Shown: in pieces, positions 16,253 through 24,615 of the stretch | Layout: each line of letters starts with the position of its first letter | Numbering within the stretch: the stretch's first letter is position 1 | Virus record (IMG/VR): IMGVR_UViG_3300045988_061891 | From: a virus | Reading direction: 5' to 3' (one strand) | DNA length: 64,000 bases | Translations under genes and position numbers: made by a program | Notes under the pieces: generated by a model | What the model was told of the DNA's origin: nothing | What the model saw: only the letters and a program-made list of their open reading frames with translations | Database searches by the model: none

Positions 16253-16879
16253 TTAATAAGTTATAATTGCAAAATCTTCTAGGTCACCATATTTAGCTTC
16301 AGTAATGAGCATACCGAAGCATCTTCCGAAGTGTTCCGCAATTTCCCTAGATGCGCAGCCTAAGAATCCAACATGGCTAGTAGCACAGCCTACTCCATCC
16401 CTAGAATCAAAGTCACCTACGCCATCAAAAATACTAAAAGAAATAGAACCACCAAAAACGTTATATAGAATTCCTTTATTCTTGATTTTACCTATTATCT
16501 CCATTCTATTTGCTTTAATCATATTACTATAATAAGTACAATCTTCAATTGCAAATTGATTGTCAGGATACCACATGGAAGAACCTTTTGTAAGATATAA
16601 ACCTTGTCCCAAATTAAGTGCTTTTCTGATGATGTTCAACTTAAACATAGCAGCAGATGCTCTACTAAATGTGGCTATATTTCTGGCGGTAATGTTTGCA
16701 GCAATATAATCGTAATTAAGAGCAACACAAGCATCTTTGAATGTTTTAATGTTCTTAAAGTTGTATACTAACTCATCTTTGTTGAAGGCTTGAAGTGCAA
16801 TCTCTTTAAGAGATTCATTTCCACTGTTATACCACTCTTTAGCCTTATCAAGAGTGACAGTTACATTTCTTTTTTCCAT
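16253..16879 (-). CDS. hypothetical protein, paralog of 20272..20943
   Basis: MEKRNVTVTLDKAKEWYNSGNESLKEIALQAF... aligns along its length with MEKRSITITIKKAREWYNSGNEALKEAALQAF... Confidence 0.7.
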   Translation of the reverse strand: MEKRNVTVTLDKAKEWYNSGNESLKEIALQAFNKDELVYNFKNIKTFKDACVALNYDYIAANITARNIATFSRASAAMFKLNIIRKALNLGQGLYLTKGSSMWYPDNQFAIEDCTYYSNMIKANRMEIIGKIKNKGILYNVFGGSISFSIFDGVGDFDSRDGVGCATSHVGFLGCASREIAEHFGRCFGMLITEAKYGDLEDFAIITY

Positions 16880-17014
16880 ATATTTCTATTTTAATTATGT
16901 AATGTATTAGTAGCTTCTCCTTTGATATAGTTACCTCTTTTTTCACAGAGTTTAGCTACACAATATTTACATTCTCTAGTACAATCAAAGTATTCCATAT
17001 ACAAGTTTCATATT

Positions 17015-17200
17015 TTATTCCCAAATATATGCTTCAAACTCGCATTTAAGTTCCATCTCAGTCTGTTTAGCCTCTTCAAGATATATACTTAAAAAGAGTG
17101 AACAATCATTGAAGTTATTAATGTCTCCATCAAACTCAATATATAACCATAGTTCACAGTACTTTACTGCGGACCGTTGCTTTTCAGTTGACTTTCTCAT
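17015..17200 (-). CDS. hypothetical small protein
   Basis: 61-aa ORF overlapping the upstream gene's stop (ATGA-type junction). Confidence 0.45.
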   Translation of the reverse strand: MRKSTEKQRSAVKYCELWLYIEFDGDINNFNDCSLFLSIYLEEAKQTEMELKCEFEAYIWE

Positions 17201-17493
17201 ATATTTAGGAATTTTTTAATTTTATACCAAATACTAACTCTCTTTTTCTCTATTATACCTTTATTTTTTCTGTTTCTAACAATGCCTTTGGGACCTACTG
17301 TTAAAAAGCTTGCACCTGCATTGTTATCAGTAGAAGTTAGTATATAATACCAGTGGTATAGACATGCCCCTATAGTTCTGTTGATTTTAGATGAGGCTTG
17401 TCTACAGGCTTCCTTGATATTAAGAGGATTAGCTTGAATAGCCTGGACTAGAATTGTTTCTTCCTCTTTAGTCCATCTTCTTCTTGTTGTCAT
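17197..17493 (-). CDS. Myb/SANT-like DNA-binding protein
   Basis: RRRWTKEEETILVQAIQANP...CLYHWYYIL fits the SANT/Myb W-x-EE...W pattern. Confidence 0.5.
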   Translation of the reverse strand: MTTRRRWTKEEETILVQAIQANPLNIKEACRQASSKINRTIGACLYHWYYILTSTDNNAGASFLTVGPKGIVRNRKNKGIIEKKRVSIWYKIKKFLNI

Positions 17494-17523
17494 TTCATTA
17501 TTATTTTTAGTTTAAATGATTAG

Positions 17524-17608
17524 TACCTCCAGTGGGATTTGAACCCACACAGCTACAATAGCCAAGGGAGTTTAAGTCCCTCATGTCTACCAATTCCATC
17601 ATAGAGGC
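17524..17608 (-). tRNA. tRNA-Leu(UAA), type II
   Basis: GCCTCTA TG ATGGAATTGGTAGACAT .. loop CTTAAAC .. long variable arm .. GTGGG TTCAAAT CCCAC TGGAGGT A. Confidence 0.75.
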
Positions 17609-17695
17609 AAATAATACTACTAAACGCAAAAAGGCTTATTATATCCTTTCATTGCTTTTACAGAATACGTCTGTACCTATATAGTAGTATTGTAG

Positions 17696-17768
17696 TGCAT
17701 CCAGTGAGATTCGAACTCACAACTTACAGTTTAGAAGACTGTTACTCTGTCCATTGAGTTATGGATGC
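17696..17768 (-). tRNA. tRNA-Arg(UCU)
   Basis: GCATCCA TA ACTC AATGGA.. ACAGT CTTCTAA ACTGT .. GTGAG TTCGAAT CTCAC TGGATGC A. Confidence 0.75.
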
Positions 17769-17794
17769 CCTTAGTTATGTATATATCTCATAAC

Positions 17795-18004
17795 TTAAAC
17801 AGATTGAAAATCTTTGGTTATATCTTCATCACTTTGTGAAATATACTCATAATAAGTTTTTTTATTAAAGAGAGGGTCGTTTAGAGCTTCTTTAAAAGAC
17901 TCCCATTCATCAACATAATGACATGCTAAAGCTGTTGCAAAAGCTCTATCTCTAAGTAGGTTAGCTAATTTTTCTTCTGATATAAGTTTCATTTTCTTAC
18001 TCAT
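17795..18004 (-). CDS. hypothetical small protein
   Basis: 69-aa ORF. Confidence 0.5.
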   Translation of the reverse strand: MSKKMKLISEEKLANLLRDRAFATALACHYVDEWESFKEALNDPLFNKKTYYEYISQSDEDITKDFQSV

Positions 18005-18010
18005 TTTAGA

Positions 18011-18601
18011 TTACAAGAAAGCCTCGTTATAAAGATTTACAAATTGCTTGCCAAATTGCTCTGCACGCTCAGGTGTCTTAAAACAAAGTCGAGAACCGAA
18101 ATTATACGCATTTGTGGGTGTGTTAAAAGTATTCATAAACACGAACCCCGCAGTATTCTTGTCATAATCGAACCAAGGAATCCATTTGTCTTGACGCCGA
18201 TTCGAGAAATCTGGAACAAAATTATCTTCCTTGTTCCACGCTTCTGCGATGGTAAACAGTTTGTTCAAGGCAATCAACGCTTCAATGTGCTTAGGGTTGA
18301 TGTCGGTCACAAGTCTTTTGACAACTCCAGACCTGGGAATGTATCCTACATTGGGTTTCATTCCAAGTGCTTCTCTTGCACTCTCAAAATCCGTAATGAC
18401 TTCATTTACATCTTTAACATCTACTTCTTCAAGAGTGAAATCAAACAACAATAAATAGTTATTATCTCCAATATGCAAAAATTCATTATGGATGCGAATA
18501 TACCACATCAAGAAGTCTCCAGCTTCTTCACGTGAATTAAACTCACCTTTAATATCAGGACACGTACTTCCATTTGCATACTTAATTATATACTTTTTCA
18601 T
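18011..18601 (-). CDS. hypothetical protein
   Basis: 196-aa ORF. Confidence 0.6.
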   Translation of the reverse strand: MKKYIIKYANGSTCPDIKGEFNSREEAGDFLMWYIRIHNEFLHIGDNNYLLLFDFTLEEVDVKDVNEVITDFESAREALGMKPNVGYIPRSGVVKRLVTDINPKHIEALIALNKLFTIAEAWNKEDNFVPDFSNRRQDKWIPWFDYDKNTAGFVFMNTFNTPTNAYNFGSRLCFKTPERAEQFGKQFVNLYNEAFL

Positions 18602-18804
18602 TACTTATCGATTTCTGATTTAATAGATTCTACATATTTAACTATTCTCGCATATTCACGGCCGCTTCTACTATTGTCAGCATAAGCTCTTCTAATAAGC
18701 TCTTCTCCAGTACCAAGAAAACAACCAACTTTCCACATATTCCAGAGTTTCCTCTGAAAACTTGTATTTCTTTTCCATATTTTACTCTGTTTATACAAAA
18801 TCAA
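18601..18804 (-). CDS. hypothetical small protein
   Basis: 67-aa ORF; its stop overlaps the next start. Confidence 0.45.
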   Translation of the reverse strand: MILYKQSKIWKRNTSFQRKLWNMWKVGCFLGTGEELIRRAYADNSRSGREYARIVKYVESIKSEIDK

Positions 18805-19381
18805 ATAAGTTAAGTTTCTCTTTCATTCTAAGCTTGTTCTTCTTATTCATCCTAAGTGCATATAAGAATGGCATTATCTTCTCATACCATCTTGCGTCTT
18901 TTGCCATAGAACTTACCCATTGGTTATTTAGATTATCTGGAACATCAGTTTTGAATGTATAGAGTTTCTTCCAGTCCCCTTTACGGTTGCCACCAATGAA
19001 TTTGAGTTTTGGATAACACATTTCAAAAGTTTTACACATTTTAGCGAATTGTCTACATTCTGATTCAGAGTTCCATTTTTCAAGTATAATTCTTACATAC
19101 ATATCATCTTTGGTAAAGTCTGTAAAATCGCGTATATTGCGAACTATTTTATGTATATCAACACATGACTTAAAATTAATCAATCCATGGGCAAATTCCC
19201 ACTGTTTTGATTTGACGTTGAAATAAATGCGCAAATCAAATACTCTTGCTCCATTCTTGAATTGCTCTTCAATATTATGGTTTTGACATCTTGCGGAAAG
19301 CAAGCCTGGAAACAACCACCAATTTTTAATCGGCAAATATGTCATTGTATTATGACTGCCATATACTATTTGTTCATTCAT
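18791..19381 (-). CDS. PI-PLC X-domain-like phosphodiesterase (tentative)
   Basis: YGSHNTMTY...ARCQNHNIEEQFKNGARVFDLRIYF...WEFAHGL resembles the catalytic His/Arg pattern of PLC-like TIM-barrel phosphodiesterases. Confidence 0.45.
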   Translation of the reverse strand: MNEQIVYGSHNTMTYLPIKNWWLFPGLLSARCQNHNIEEQFKNGARVFDLRIYFNVKSKQWEFAHGLINFKSCVDIHKIVRNIRDFTDFTKDDMYVRIILEKWNSESECRQFAKMCKTFEMCYPKLKFIGGNRKGDWKKLYTFKTDVPDNLNNQWVSSMAKDARWYEKIMPFLYALRMNKKNKLRMKEKLNLFDFV

Positions 19382-19401
19382 AATATTTATTATTGATTAA
19401 G

Positions 19402-19475
19402 TGGGCCTATAGAGATTTGAACTCTAAACCTTCACATTATGAGTGTGCTGCTCTAACCACTTGAGCTATAGGCCC
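19402..19475 (-). tRNA. tRNA-Met or Ile2 (anticodon CAU)
   Basis: GGGCCTA TA GCTC AAGTGGTTA GAGC A GCACA CTCATAA TGTGA .. TAGAG TTCAAAT CTCTA TAGGCCC A. Confidence 0.75.
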
Positions 19476-19487
19476 TAAAAGATTCTT

Positions 19488-19718
19488 TTACTTTAGTTTA
19501 TCAATTATCCACTTTGTTCCTGTAATAATAGGAAGGTCATCTGCTGTTATGTGTATTCTACATAGTGTGATTAATCCTATGTTTACAATAAATGCAACAA
19601 TAAGATACCCGAAGCCTCCCTCTACAATACTATCTATACTAGCTATTGTTAGCATAAATATCGTTGCTGTATACCAAAACAAAATGGCTTTTAATGTTAA
19701 TTTAAGTCTAGTTTTCAT
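19488..19718 (-). CDS. small membrane protein
   Basis: 76 aa with two TM segments. Confidence 0.5.
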   Translation of the reverse strand: MKTRLKLTLKAILFWYTATIFMLTIASIDSIVEGGFGYLIVAFIVNIGLITLCRIHITADDLPIITGTKWIIDKLK

Positions 19719-19748
19719 TGTTAATTGTTTTAAGTTTTAAATTGTTTG

Positions 19749-19820
19749 TACCCTCAGATGGACTCGAACCATCATTTAGAGTTTAGGAAACTCTTGTTCT
19801 ATCCCTTGAACTATGAGGGC
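19749..19820 (-). tRNA. tRNA-Arg(CCU)
   Basis: GCCCTCA TA GTTC AAGGGATA GAAC A AGAGT TTCCTAA ACTCT .. GATGG TTCGAGT CCATC TGAGGGT A. Confidence 0.75.
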
Positions 19821-19912
19821 GGTTAAAAACTTCACATTATCTTCACAGACTATGTGAAGTGTCTAAACTAAAATTAAATGCTTATAACTTTTATATTTCT
19901 TACCTTTAAAAA

Positions 19913-20275
19913 CTATAAGTCTCTTTCAGGTTTTTCTGTTGTTAAAACACCTCCAATCATATAAAAGGTTGTGCCTTTTAATGATTCCTTTCTCTGTTGT
20001 GCCTGTCTTCTTGCTTTAGCCTTATTATAAGACTTTTTGACATATTCTCTATTTGTAGTTAAGTACTCATCAAGAATAATGGCATAACTATGAATATCCA
20101 TGTCAATAAGAGTATATACTCTTTGATGCTTAACAAGGTTATTCTTAAGTGCAGTCCAAAAGTGGGCTGATTTAGGGCAGCCACATCCTTTTAGGACTAT
20201 TTCCCATTGCTTCTTTGTGAAGCTCATATTGTTGAACTGGGAAAGTCTTTCAACAACAGCTAGTTGGTTTATCAT
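19913..20275 (-). CDS. hypothetical protein
   Basis: 120-aa ORF with a basic C-terminus. Confidence 0.55.
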   Translation of the reverse strand: MINQLAVVERLSQFNNMSFTKKQWEIVLKGCGCPKSAHFWTALKNNLVKHQRVYTLIDMDIHSYAIILDEYLTTNREYVKKSYNKAKARRQAQQRKESLKGTTFYMIGGVLTTEKPERDL

Positions 20276-20943
20276 CGTTGGTTGTTAACTTTGTGTCTAT
20301 TTTGTGTATAATCTTCAATAACTTCAAAGTCTGTTATATCACCAAATTTAGCTTTGGTAATGAGCATTCCGAAATATCTTCCAAAATGCTGGGCAATTTC
20401 TTCGGATGCACAGCCAAGAAATCCGACATTAGCAGCAGTACTACATATATCAAAGTTAATGAGAAACCTACCTAAGCCCTCACCACTATTAACAGTGTTA
20501 TCTCCACCAAGAACATAATATACCTTTCCCTCGCTCTTAATTTTACCTATTATTTCCACTTTACCTAATTCAAGTTTATCCTTAAAATAGGTAGAAGTTT
20601 CACTTATAACAGGAATGTAAGGGCAACAGATGTAAGAGCCCTTTGGGTCTCTTGCGAAGTGTAAATCTTGTCCTAAATTGAGTGCCTTTCTGACAATGTT
20701 CAGTCTGAACATAGCAGCAGAGGCTTCACTAATTCTAGCTATATTGTCGGCATTAATGAGGCACAACATGTAATCAAGATTAAGAGCTTTACAAGCCTTC
20801 TTGAAGGTTGTAATGACTCTATAGTCGAAGATTAATTCCTTCTCTTCAAATGCTTGAAGTGCGGCTTCTTTGAGTGCTTCATTGCCGCTATTATACCATT
20901 CTCTTGCTTTTTTAATAGTAATTGTTATGCTTCTTTTTTCCAT
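20272..20943 (-). CDS. hypothetical protein, paralog of 16253..16879
   Basis: See 16253..16879. Shared blocks include NIARISEASAAMFRLNIVRKALNLGQ and GFLGCASEEIAQHFGRYFGMLIT. Confidence 0.7.
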   Translation of the reverse strand: MEKRSITITIKKAREWYNSGNEALKEAALQAFEEKELIFDYRVITTFKKACKALNLDYMLCLINADNIARISEASAAMFRLNIVRKALNLGQDLHFARDPKGSYICCPYIPVISETSTYFKDKLELGKVEIIGKIKSEGKVYYVLGGDNTVNSGEGLGRFLINFDICSTAANVGFLGCASEEIAQHFGRYFGMLITKAKFGDITDFEVIEDYTQNRHKVNNQR

Positions 20944-20985
20944 TTTAATAAATTTTTATATTGTTAAAGAAAAGAACTATAAGAA

Positions 20986-21015
20986 AGGGCAAGAAGACTA
21001 ATGTCTCCTCACCCT
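20986..21015 (-). terminator. stem-loop terminator candidate
   Basis: Minus strand AGGGTGAGGAGAC-ATTA-GTCTTCTTGCCCT: 13 bp including 3 G-U pairs, followed by a T-rich run. Confidence 0.45.
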
Positions 21016-21028
21016 AAGCTTTATATCA

Positions 21029-21358
21029 TTAAATATCTGATGGAATAGATGGTATTTCACACTCTTCTACTATCATTCCTTCGTACCTTAATGGAGAATA
21101 ATAGTTAACCTCTACTTGTTCTTGTGGACTACCATCCTCAACATCATAACTATATTCTATAGACCAGTTATGTTCAAATGAAGCCTTAAAAAGTCTCTTT
21201 TGTGCATACATTATACACTCATAGTGAGCACTATTATCATCTGTAGAATATCCTATTACGTCAAGTACTACAGCTTTTATAGGATGCTCTACACTAGGTA
21301 CAAACATTTCTACTATCTGTCCTTTCTCAATAGATTGTCCATATATTATCTCTTCCAT
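21029..21358 (-). CDS. hypothetical protein
   Basis: 109-aa ORF. Confidence 0.55.
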   Translation of the reverse strand: MEEIIYGQSIEKGQIVEMFVPSVEHPIKAVVLDVIGYSTDDNSAHYECIMYAQKRLFKASFEHNWSIEYSYDVEDGSPQEQVEVNYYSPLRYEGMIVEECEIPSIPSDI

Positions 21359-21442
21359 AGTTTTTTTTTATTTAGAAGTAGTGTGGGATTTTACACCACA
21401 CTACTAGTTATACCTATTTTATTTCAAACTCTAGATGTTCCA

Positions 21443-21769
21443 TTACCACTCACCTTTTAAAGTAGCAATGAGTTCTCTTCTTGCATAGGCAGGAAGTTCT
21501 ACACCATAGGCCTCGTCGGTAGACTTGCCTAATGTGAGTACAAAAGTGTTGGTTACTTCGTTAATAGTGCCTACTGTGAAGTTTACGTCATGACCATCTA
21601 CAGGGATAGCTTCTCCTTCTTTAGGTACAGCATAACCAGTAAGTTCTACCGTATCACCCTGAAAGTTAGTTGTACCATTCAATGGATTATCAAAATGTTG
21701 TACCACAAAGTCTCTCAATTCATCACAGCCATTAAGAGGCTTAAGTGTTGGAATGTTATTTTCAAACAT
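21443..21769 (-). CDS. hypothetical protein
   Basis: 108-aa ORF. Confidence 0.55.
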   Translation of the reverse strand: MFENNIPTLKPLNGCDELRDFVVQHFDNPLNGTTNFQGDTVELTGYAVPKEGEAIPVDGHDVNFTVGTINEVTNTFVLTLGKSTDEAYGVELPAYARRELIATLKGEW

Positions 21770-22193
21770 AATATTTTTGTTTTAAGTTTTTTTGCTGGTT
21801 GTTATATATTGTGTTTTACACCTAAAACTTATCAAACACCTCTGTGTATTGAATATACTGTAATCGAGAGATAACATAATAAATAGGCTCTGTTATCCTA
21901 CCACCTCCTTGCCTAAGCGGACTTCACTTCTATACAGTATTTTATAAGAAACTGGTGCCCTCAACAACTTGGGAAGTTATTAAGTTTTTTATTAGGCTGT
22001 ATTGCTGTTAGGACCTGCATTTAACTAACCTGGCTGATGGTTAGCACCTGTTAATGTTAGTTTATAGTCCAACTATAGTTGCCTCTTGCAAACTTGTATT
22101 CAGATGCAGCTTGGTAGGTTGGAAAGACTCCCATGATATAACCAAGGGAGTCTTTTACTACGTATTTCTTAGAGCGGCTCATATAAGATTGAT

Positions 22194-22355
22194 TTATAGT
22201 TCCATCCACATATTTGCTCTGAAGACAAAAGTTGTCTCTGCGTAATTAAAATAATAACCTAGTTCAGGGTCATATTTCTGACGTGTTAACACATCTTCGT
22301 GTGATAGAGTTGATATATGCCCATCTGCCCAAAGTAGTTTTTCTGAGGTTCTCAT
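22194..22355 (-). CDS. possible small ORF (53 aa), first ORF after the repeat boxes
   Basis: Hand translation: MRTSEKLLWADGHISTLSHEDVLTRQKYDPELGYYFNYAETTFVFRANMWMEL*. Below the ORF-track cutoff. Confidence 0.3.
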   Translation of the reverse strand: MRTSEKLLWADGHISTLSHEDVLTRQKYDPELGYYFNYAETTFVFRANMWMEL

Positions 22356-22360
22356 AATTC

Positions 22361-22399
22361 TAATCTTGTTTGTTTTTAATCTTGTTAAATAATCTTGTT
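22361..22399 (-). repeat. three direct repeats of AACAAGATTA (plus strand TAATCTTGTT) at 22361, 22377 and 22390
   Basis: Exact 10-mers at 16- and 13-nt spacing, ending 5 nt upstream of ATG 22355. Confidence 0.7.
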
Positions 22400-22671
22400 A
22401 AACTTATGAACCCATCTGCATTTATAGAGGCTTTGGACTCTTACACCGTAGTGTAGCTGCATTAATCCAGGAGTAGTAAAAATAGTTATATATTTATGAT
22501 GTTGTGGTAAATACCGAAGAATGAAATCTTGGGATATTGAGAGGGAGATGTTTAGAACTACATCTCAAAAACTACACTCACTCTCTCTATTCTCTTGATT
22601 TACAAGGACATAATTAATTATAAACTGTCCTTTTACTCTCATTGTAATTTCGGTTCCCACATAGAAACCTT

Positions 22672-22707
22672 AAAAACAAAAGCCCAACACCCTTTCGGGT
22701 ATTGAGC
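22672..22707 (-). terminator. rho-independent terminator
   Basis: Minus strand GCTCAATACCC-GAAA-GGGTGTTGGGC followed by TTTTGTTTTT. Confidence 0.75.
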
Positions 22708-22723
22708 TTTGTACGAGAGTGGT

Positions 22724-23011
22724 TTACCACTCGAAGTCAAGGTCTGACTTCTCGGTTGTGTCGGGCATTTGTGCCTTCCAACCAAAGTCAGGGTCATAGA
22801 CAACTTCTGCCTTTGCTAAGGCAGATTTGTCTTTCTTTGTTGCCTCAACAATATTCTTGCTGAGAGTTACGAAGTTAAAGCCTTCGACGGAATTGCTCAG
22901 TCTGGCATACTGGATGTGTTCCTCGCTATTTTCATAGCAGGAAGCTGATTTGCGAAGGTCAGGTTTACCTGTTTCCTTCGCTACTTCTGAAAACCATTGT
23001 TTGAATGTCAT
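22724..23011 (-). CDS. hypothetical protein (GC-richer cassette at the divergence point)
   Basis: 95-aa ORF. Visibly higher GC than its neighbours, a GC-rich structured leader (23041-23100) and its own strong terminator. Confidence 0.6.
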   Translation of the reverse strand: MTFKQWFSEVAKETGKPDLRKSASCYENSEEHIQYARLSNSVEGFNFVTLSKNIVEATKKDKSALAKAEVVYDPDFGWKAQMPDTTEKSDLDFEW

Positions 23012-23169
23012 AGTTTCTCGGGTTTTGAGTTTAACAATATGTGACTTTGGTCACCACAGGGGGTAACACCCCCCATGGGCCACGCCCAGGGGGAGGTATT
23101 GGCTTCCTATCCTCACCTCATACCAATATACAAAATTTTCAAAAAAAATTAAAAATTTTCCTTAGCCTC

Positions 23170-23200
23170 TTGCATATATCAAATATTTTTATTACCTTTG
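23170..23200 (+). promoter_or_regulatory. Bacteroidetes-type promoter (TTG -33 / TACCTTTG -7)
   Basis: cTTGCatatatcaaatatttttatTACCTTTGca, with 20-nt spacing. Confidence 0.55.
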
Positions 23201-23485
23201 CATCCACTAGGACATAACAAGTACTAGCAGACATAACCAACCTATTAGAGTTGAAGAGGTTAAGATAGTTGAGAAGTCTCCAAGCCAACATGGGAAAGTA
23301 AAGGATACCATAAGTAGGGCAGAGGTAATTGGAGCTCGAGATAACTAAGAGAAGAACTAATAATATATAAACGCCTTCAATGCTATCTTAATACTATACC
23401 GGAGAGCTTAATTGGTGAATTGCTCTAGGTCTCTTTATATTCTTACTTAAACAGGTTGTTATGTTAGCTAGGAATCAAGATAACT

Positions 23486-23833
23486 ATGAAGTACAAAAAC
23501 AGAACAATAAAGATATTCAATTCTTCCTATAGAATACTTTATGTCAATGACATTAAGTCAGAGAACCCTGATAGAACTACTATGGGAGAAACTAACTTCA
23601 CTAGTAGAACAATAAAGATTAGAGTATTGGATGAGAAAGGACATCCTATACCAAGACAGGAATTGGAAATATGTCTATTACATGAACTGTTTCATGCAAT
23701 ATTGACAGAGGGTCAGTACCTATCAAGTACAGATGATGAACCACTTGTAGAATGGTTGGCAAGATGTACTAAACACTTACTGGACCAAAAAGTACTTAAT
23801 ATAGAACAAGCTAAAGATACTAAGGAAAAATAA
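23486..23833 (+). CDS. small HExxH zinc-metallopeptidase-like protein
   Basis: CLLHELFHAIL motif in a 115-aa ORF. Confidence 0.5.
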   Translation: MKYKNRTIKIFNSSYRILYVNDIKSENPDRTTMGETNFTSRTIKIRVLDEKGHPIPRQELEICLLHELFHAILTEGQYLSSTDDEPLVEWLARCTKHLLDQKVLNIEQAKDTKEK

Positions 23834-23844
23834 TTCAGTAAAGA

Positions 23845-23876
23845 TTTGCATATGTCAAAAATTTTACTTACCTTTG
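23845..23876 (+). promoter_or_regulatory. Bacteroidetes-type promoter driving the tRNA array
   Basis: aTTTGcatatgtcaaaaattttactTACCTTTGca, with 20-nt spacing. Confidence 0.6.
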
Positions 23877-23896
23877 CACCATAATTCAAATATCAC

Positions 23897-23967
23897 TGCC
23901 ACTTGGTGTAATGGTAACACATCAGTTTTTGGCACTGAGTTTAGAGGTTCAACCCCTCTAGTGGCAA
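23897..23967 (+). tRNA. tRNA-Gln(UUG)
   Basis: TGCCACT TG GTGT AATGGTA ACAC A TCAGT TTTTGGC ACTGA GTTT AGAGG TTCAACC CCTCT AGTGGCA A. Confidence 0.75.
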
Positions 23968-23972
23968 CAAAT

Positions 23973-24044
23973 GCTCCCTTAGTATAAAGGATAATGCAAT
24001 AGTCTTCTAAACTATGAATAAAGGTTCGATTCCTTTAGGGAGTA
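23973..24044 (+). tRNA. tRNA-Arg(UCU)
   Basis: GCTCCCT TA GTAT AAAGGATA ATGC A ATAGT CTTCTAA ACTAT GAAT AAAGG TTCGATT CCTTT AGGGAGT A. Confidence 0.75.
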
Positions 24045-24134
24045 CAAAGTTGTTTGTAATAGACTAAATTTTGTGCAAAGATAACGAAGAATTCATTAAC
24101 CTGCCCAGCCTGAGAAGGTGCAAGTAGGGTGCAT

Positions 24135-24208
24135 GATGCCTTAGAGTAATTGGTCAACTCGTCACTCTTTCAAGGTGAAGATTATGGGTTCAAGTCCCAT
24201 AGGCATTA
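24135..24208 (+). tRNA. tRNA-Glu(UUC)
   Basis: GATGCCT TA GAGT AATTGGTCA ACTC G TCACT CTTTCAA GGTGA AGATT ATGGG TTCAAGT CCCAT AGGCATT A. Confidence 0.75.
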
Positions 24209-24215
24209 CATATAT

Positions 24216-24289
24216 AGCTCATGAAGTGTAATGGTTTTGCATATCACACTGTCAATGTGAGGGAAGGGGTTCAATTCCCCCATGGGCTG
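24216..24289 (+). tRNA. tRNA-Asp(GUC)
   Basis: Anticodon arm TCACA CTGTCAA TGTGA and T-loop GGGG TTCAATT CCCC. The acceptor register is ambiguous by 1 nt. Confidence 0.65.
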
Positions 24290-24323
24290 CTGGTTATGTG
24301 ATAAAGGCTCAGAGGAGCCGACT

Positions 24324-24415
24324 GGAAGTTTAATCAGTAGGAGCTGAAAGATTCTCTTGGAAAAGAGAGGATTGACCTATGGAAAGGTATAGGGGTTCGA
24401 GTCCCCAAACTTCCT
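24324..24415 (+). tRNA. type II tRNA-Ser(GGA)-like with an 8-nt anticodon loop
   Basis: GGAAGTT/AACTTCC acceptor, D-arm TCAG TAGGAG CTGA, stem TTCTC/GAGAG enclosing TTGGAAAA, variable arm ACCT ATGGAA AGGT, T-loop GGGG TTCGAGT CCCC. Confidence 0.5.
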
Positions 24416-24417
24416 CT

Positions 24418-24615
24418 ATGATTCAAATTTTTAGAAAAGAAGGGTGGGTACTCAACCCTAATGATAAAGTAGTCAACTCAATACTTAAGAGAGTTGAACA
24501 GAACAATGGATTATGTCCCTGTCAGAATGACTCTGAGGATAAGCACTGCCCTTGTTCTAATTACAGAGTACTAGACCACTGTTGCTGTGGTCTATATAAG
24601 AAACTTGGAGAGTAA
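24418..24615 (+). CDS. ferredoxin-thioredoxin reductase catalytic-subunit-like small protein
   Basis: ORF trimmed to MIQIFRKEGW because the upstream part is a tRNA. Cys pattern LCPCQ...HCPC...HCCCGLY resembles the FTR-beta CPC..CPC..CHC signature. Confidence 0.5.
   Translation: MIQIFRKEGWVLNPNDKVVNSILKRVEQNNGLCPCQNDSEDKHCPCSNYRVLDHCCCGLYKKLGE

Noticed and set aside
16891-16998. 35-aa Cys-rich minus-strand ORF (MEYFDCTRECKYCVAKLCEKRGNY...).
   Set aside because: It is plausible but very short and has no comparative evidence. Left unannotated.
22054-22245. Plus-strand 63-aa ORF in the ORF-poor region.
   Set aside because: It is on the wrong strand for this arm and antisense to two short minus-strand ORFs. 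Neither side is well supported, so only the first minus-strand ORF is listed, at low confidence.
22361-22399. CRISPR array.
   Set aside because: There are only three 10-nt repeats with 3-6 nt between them and no spacer-sized units. No other regularly spaced repeats were seen in the window.
23395-23445. tRNA-like D-arm (GAGC UUAAUUGGUGAAUU GCUC) in the long leader of ORF 23486.
   Set aside because: No anticodon arm, T-arm or acceptor partner follows. It is probably a fragment or a chance match.
24379-24417. Listed start (MERYRGSSPQTSS) of ORF 24379..24615.
   Set aside because: It overlaps the T-arm and acceptor of the Ser-like tRNA. The first credible start is ATG 24418.
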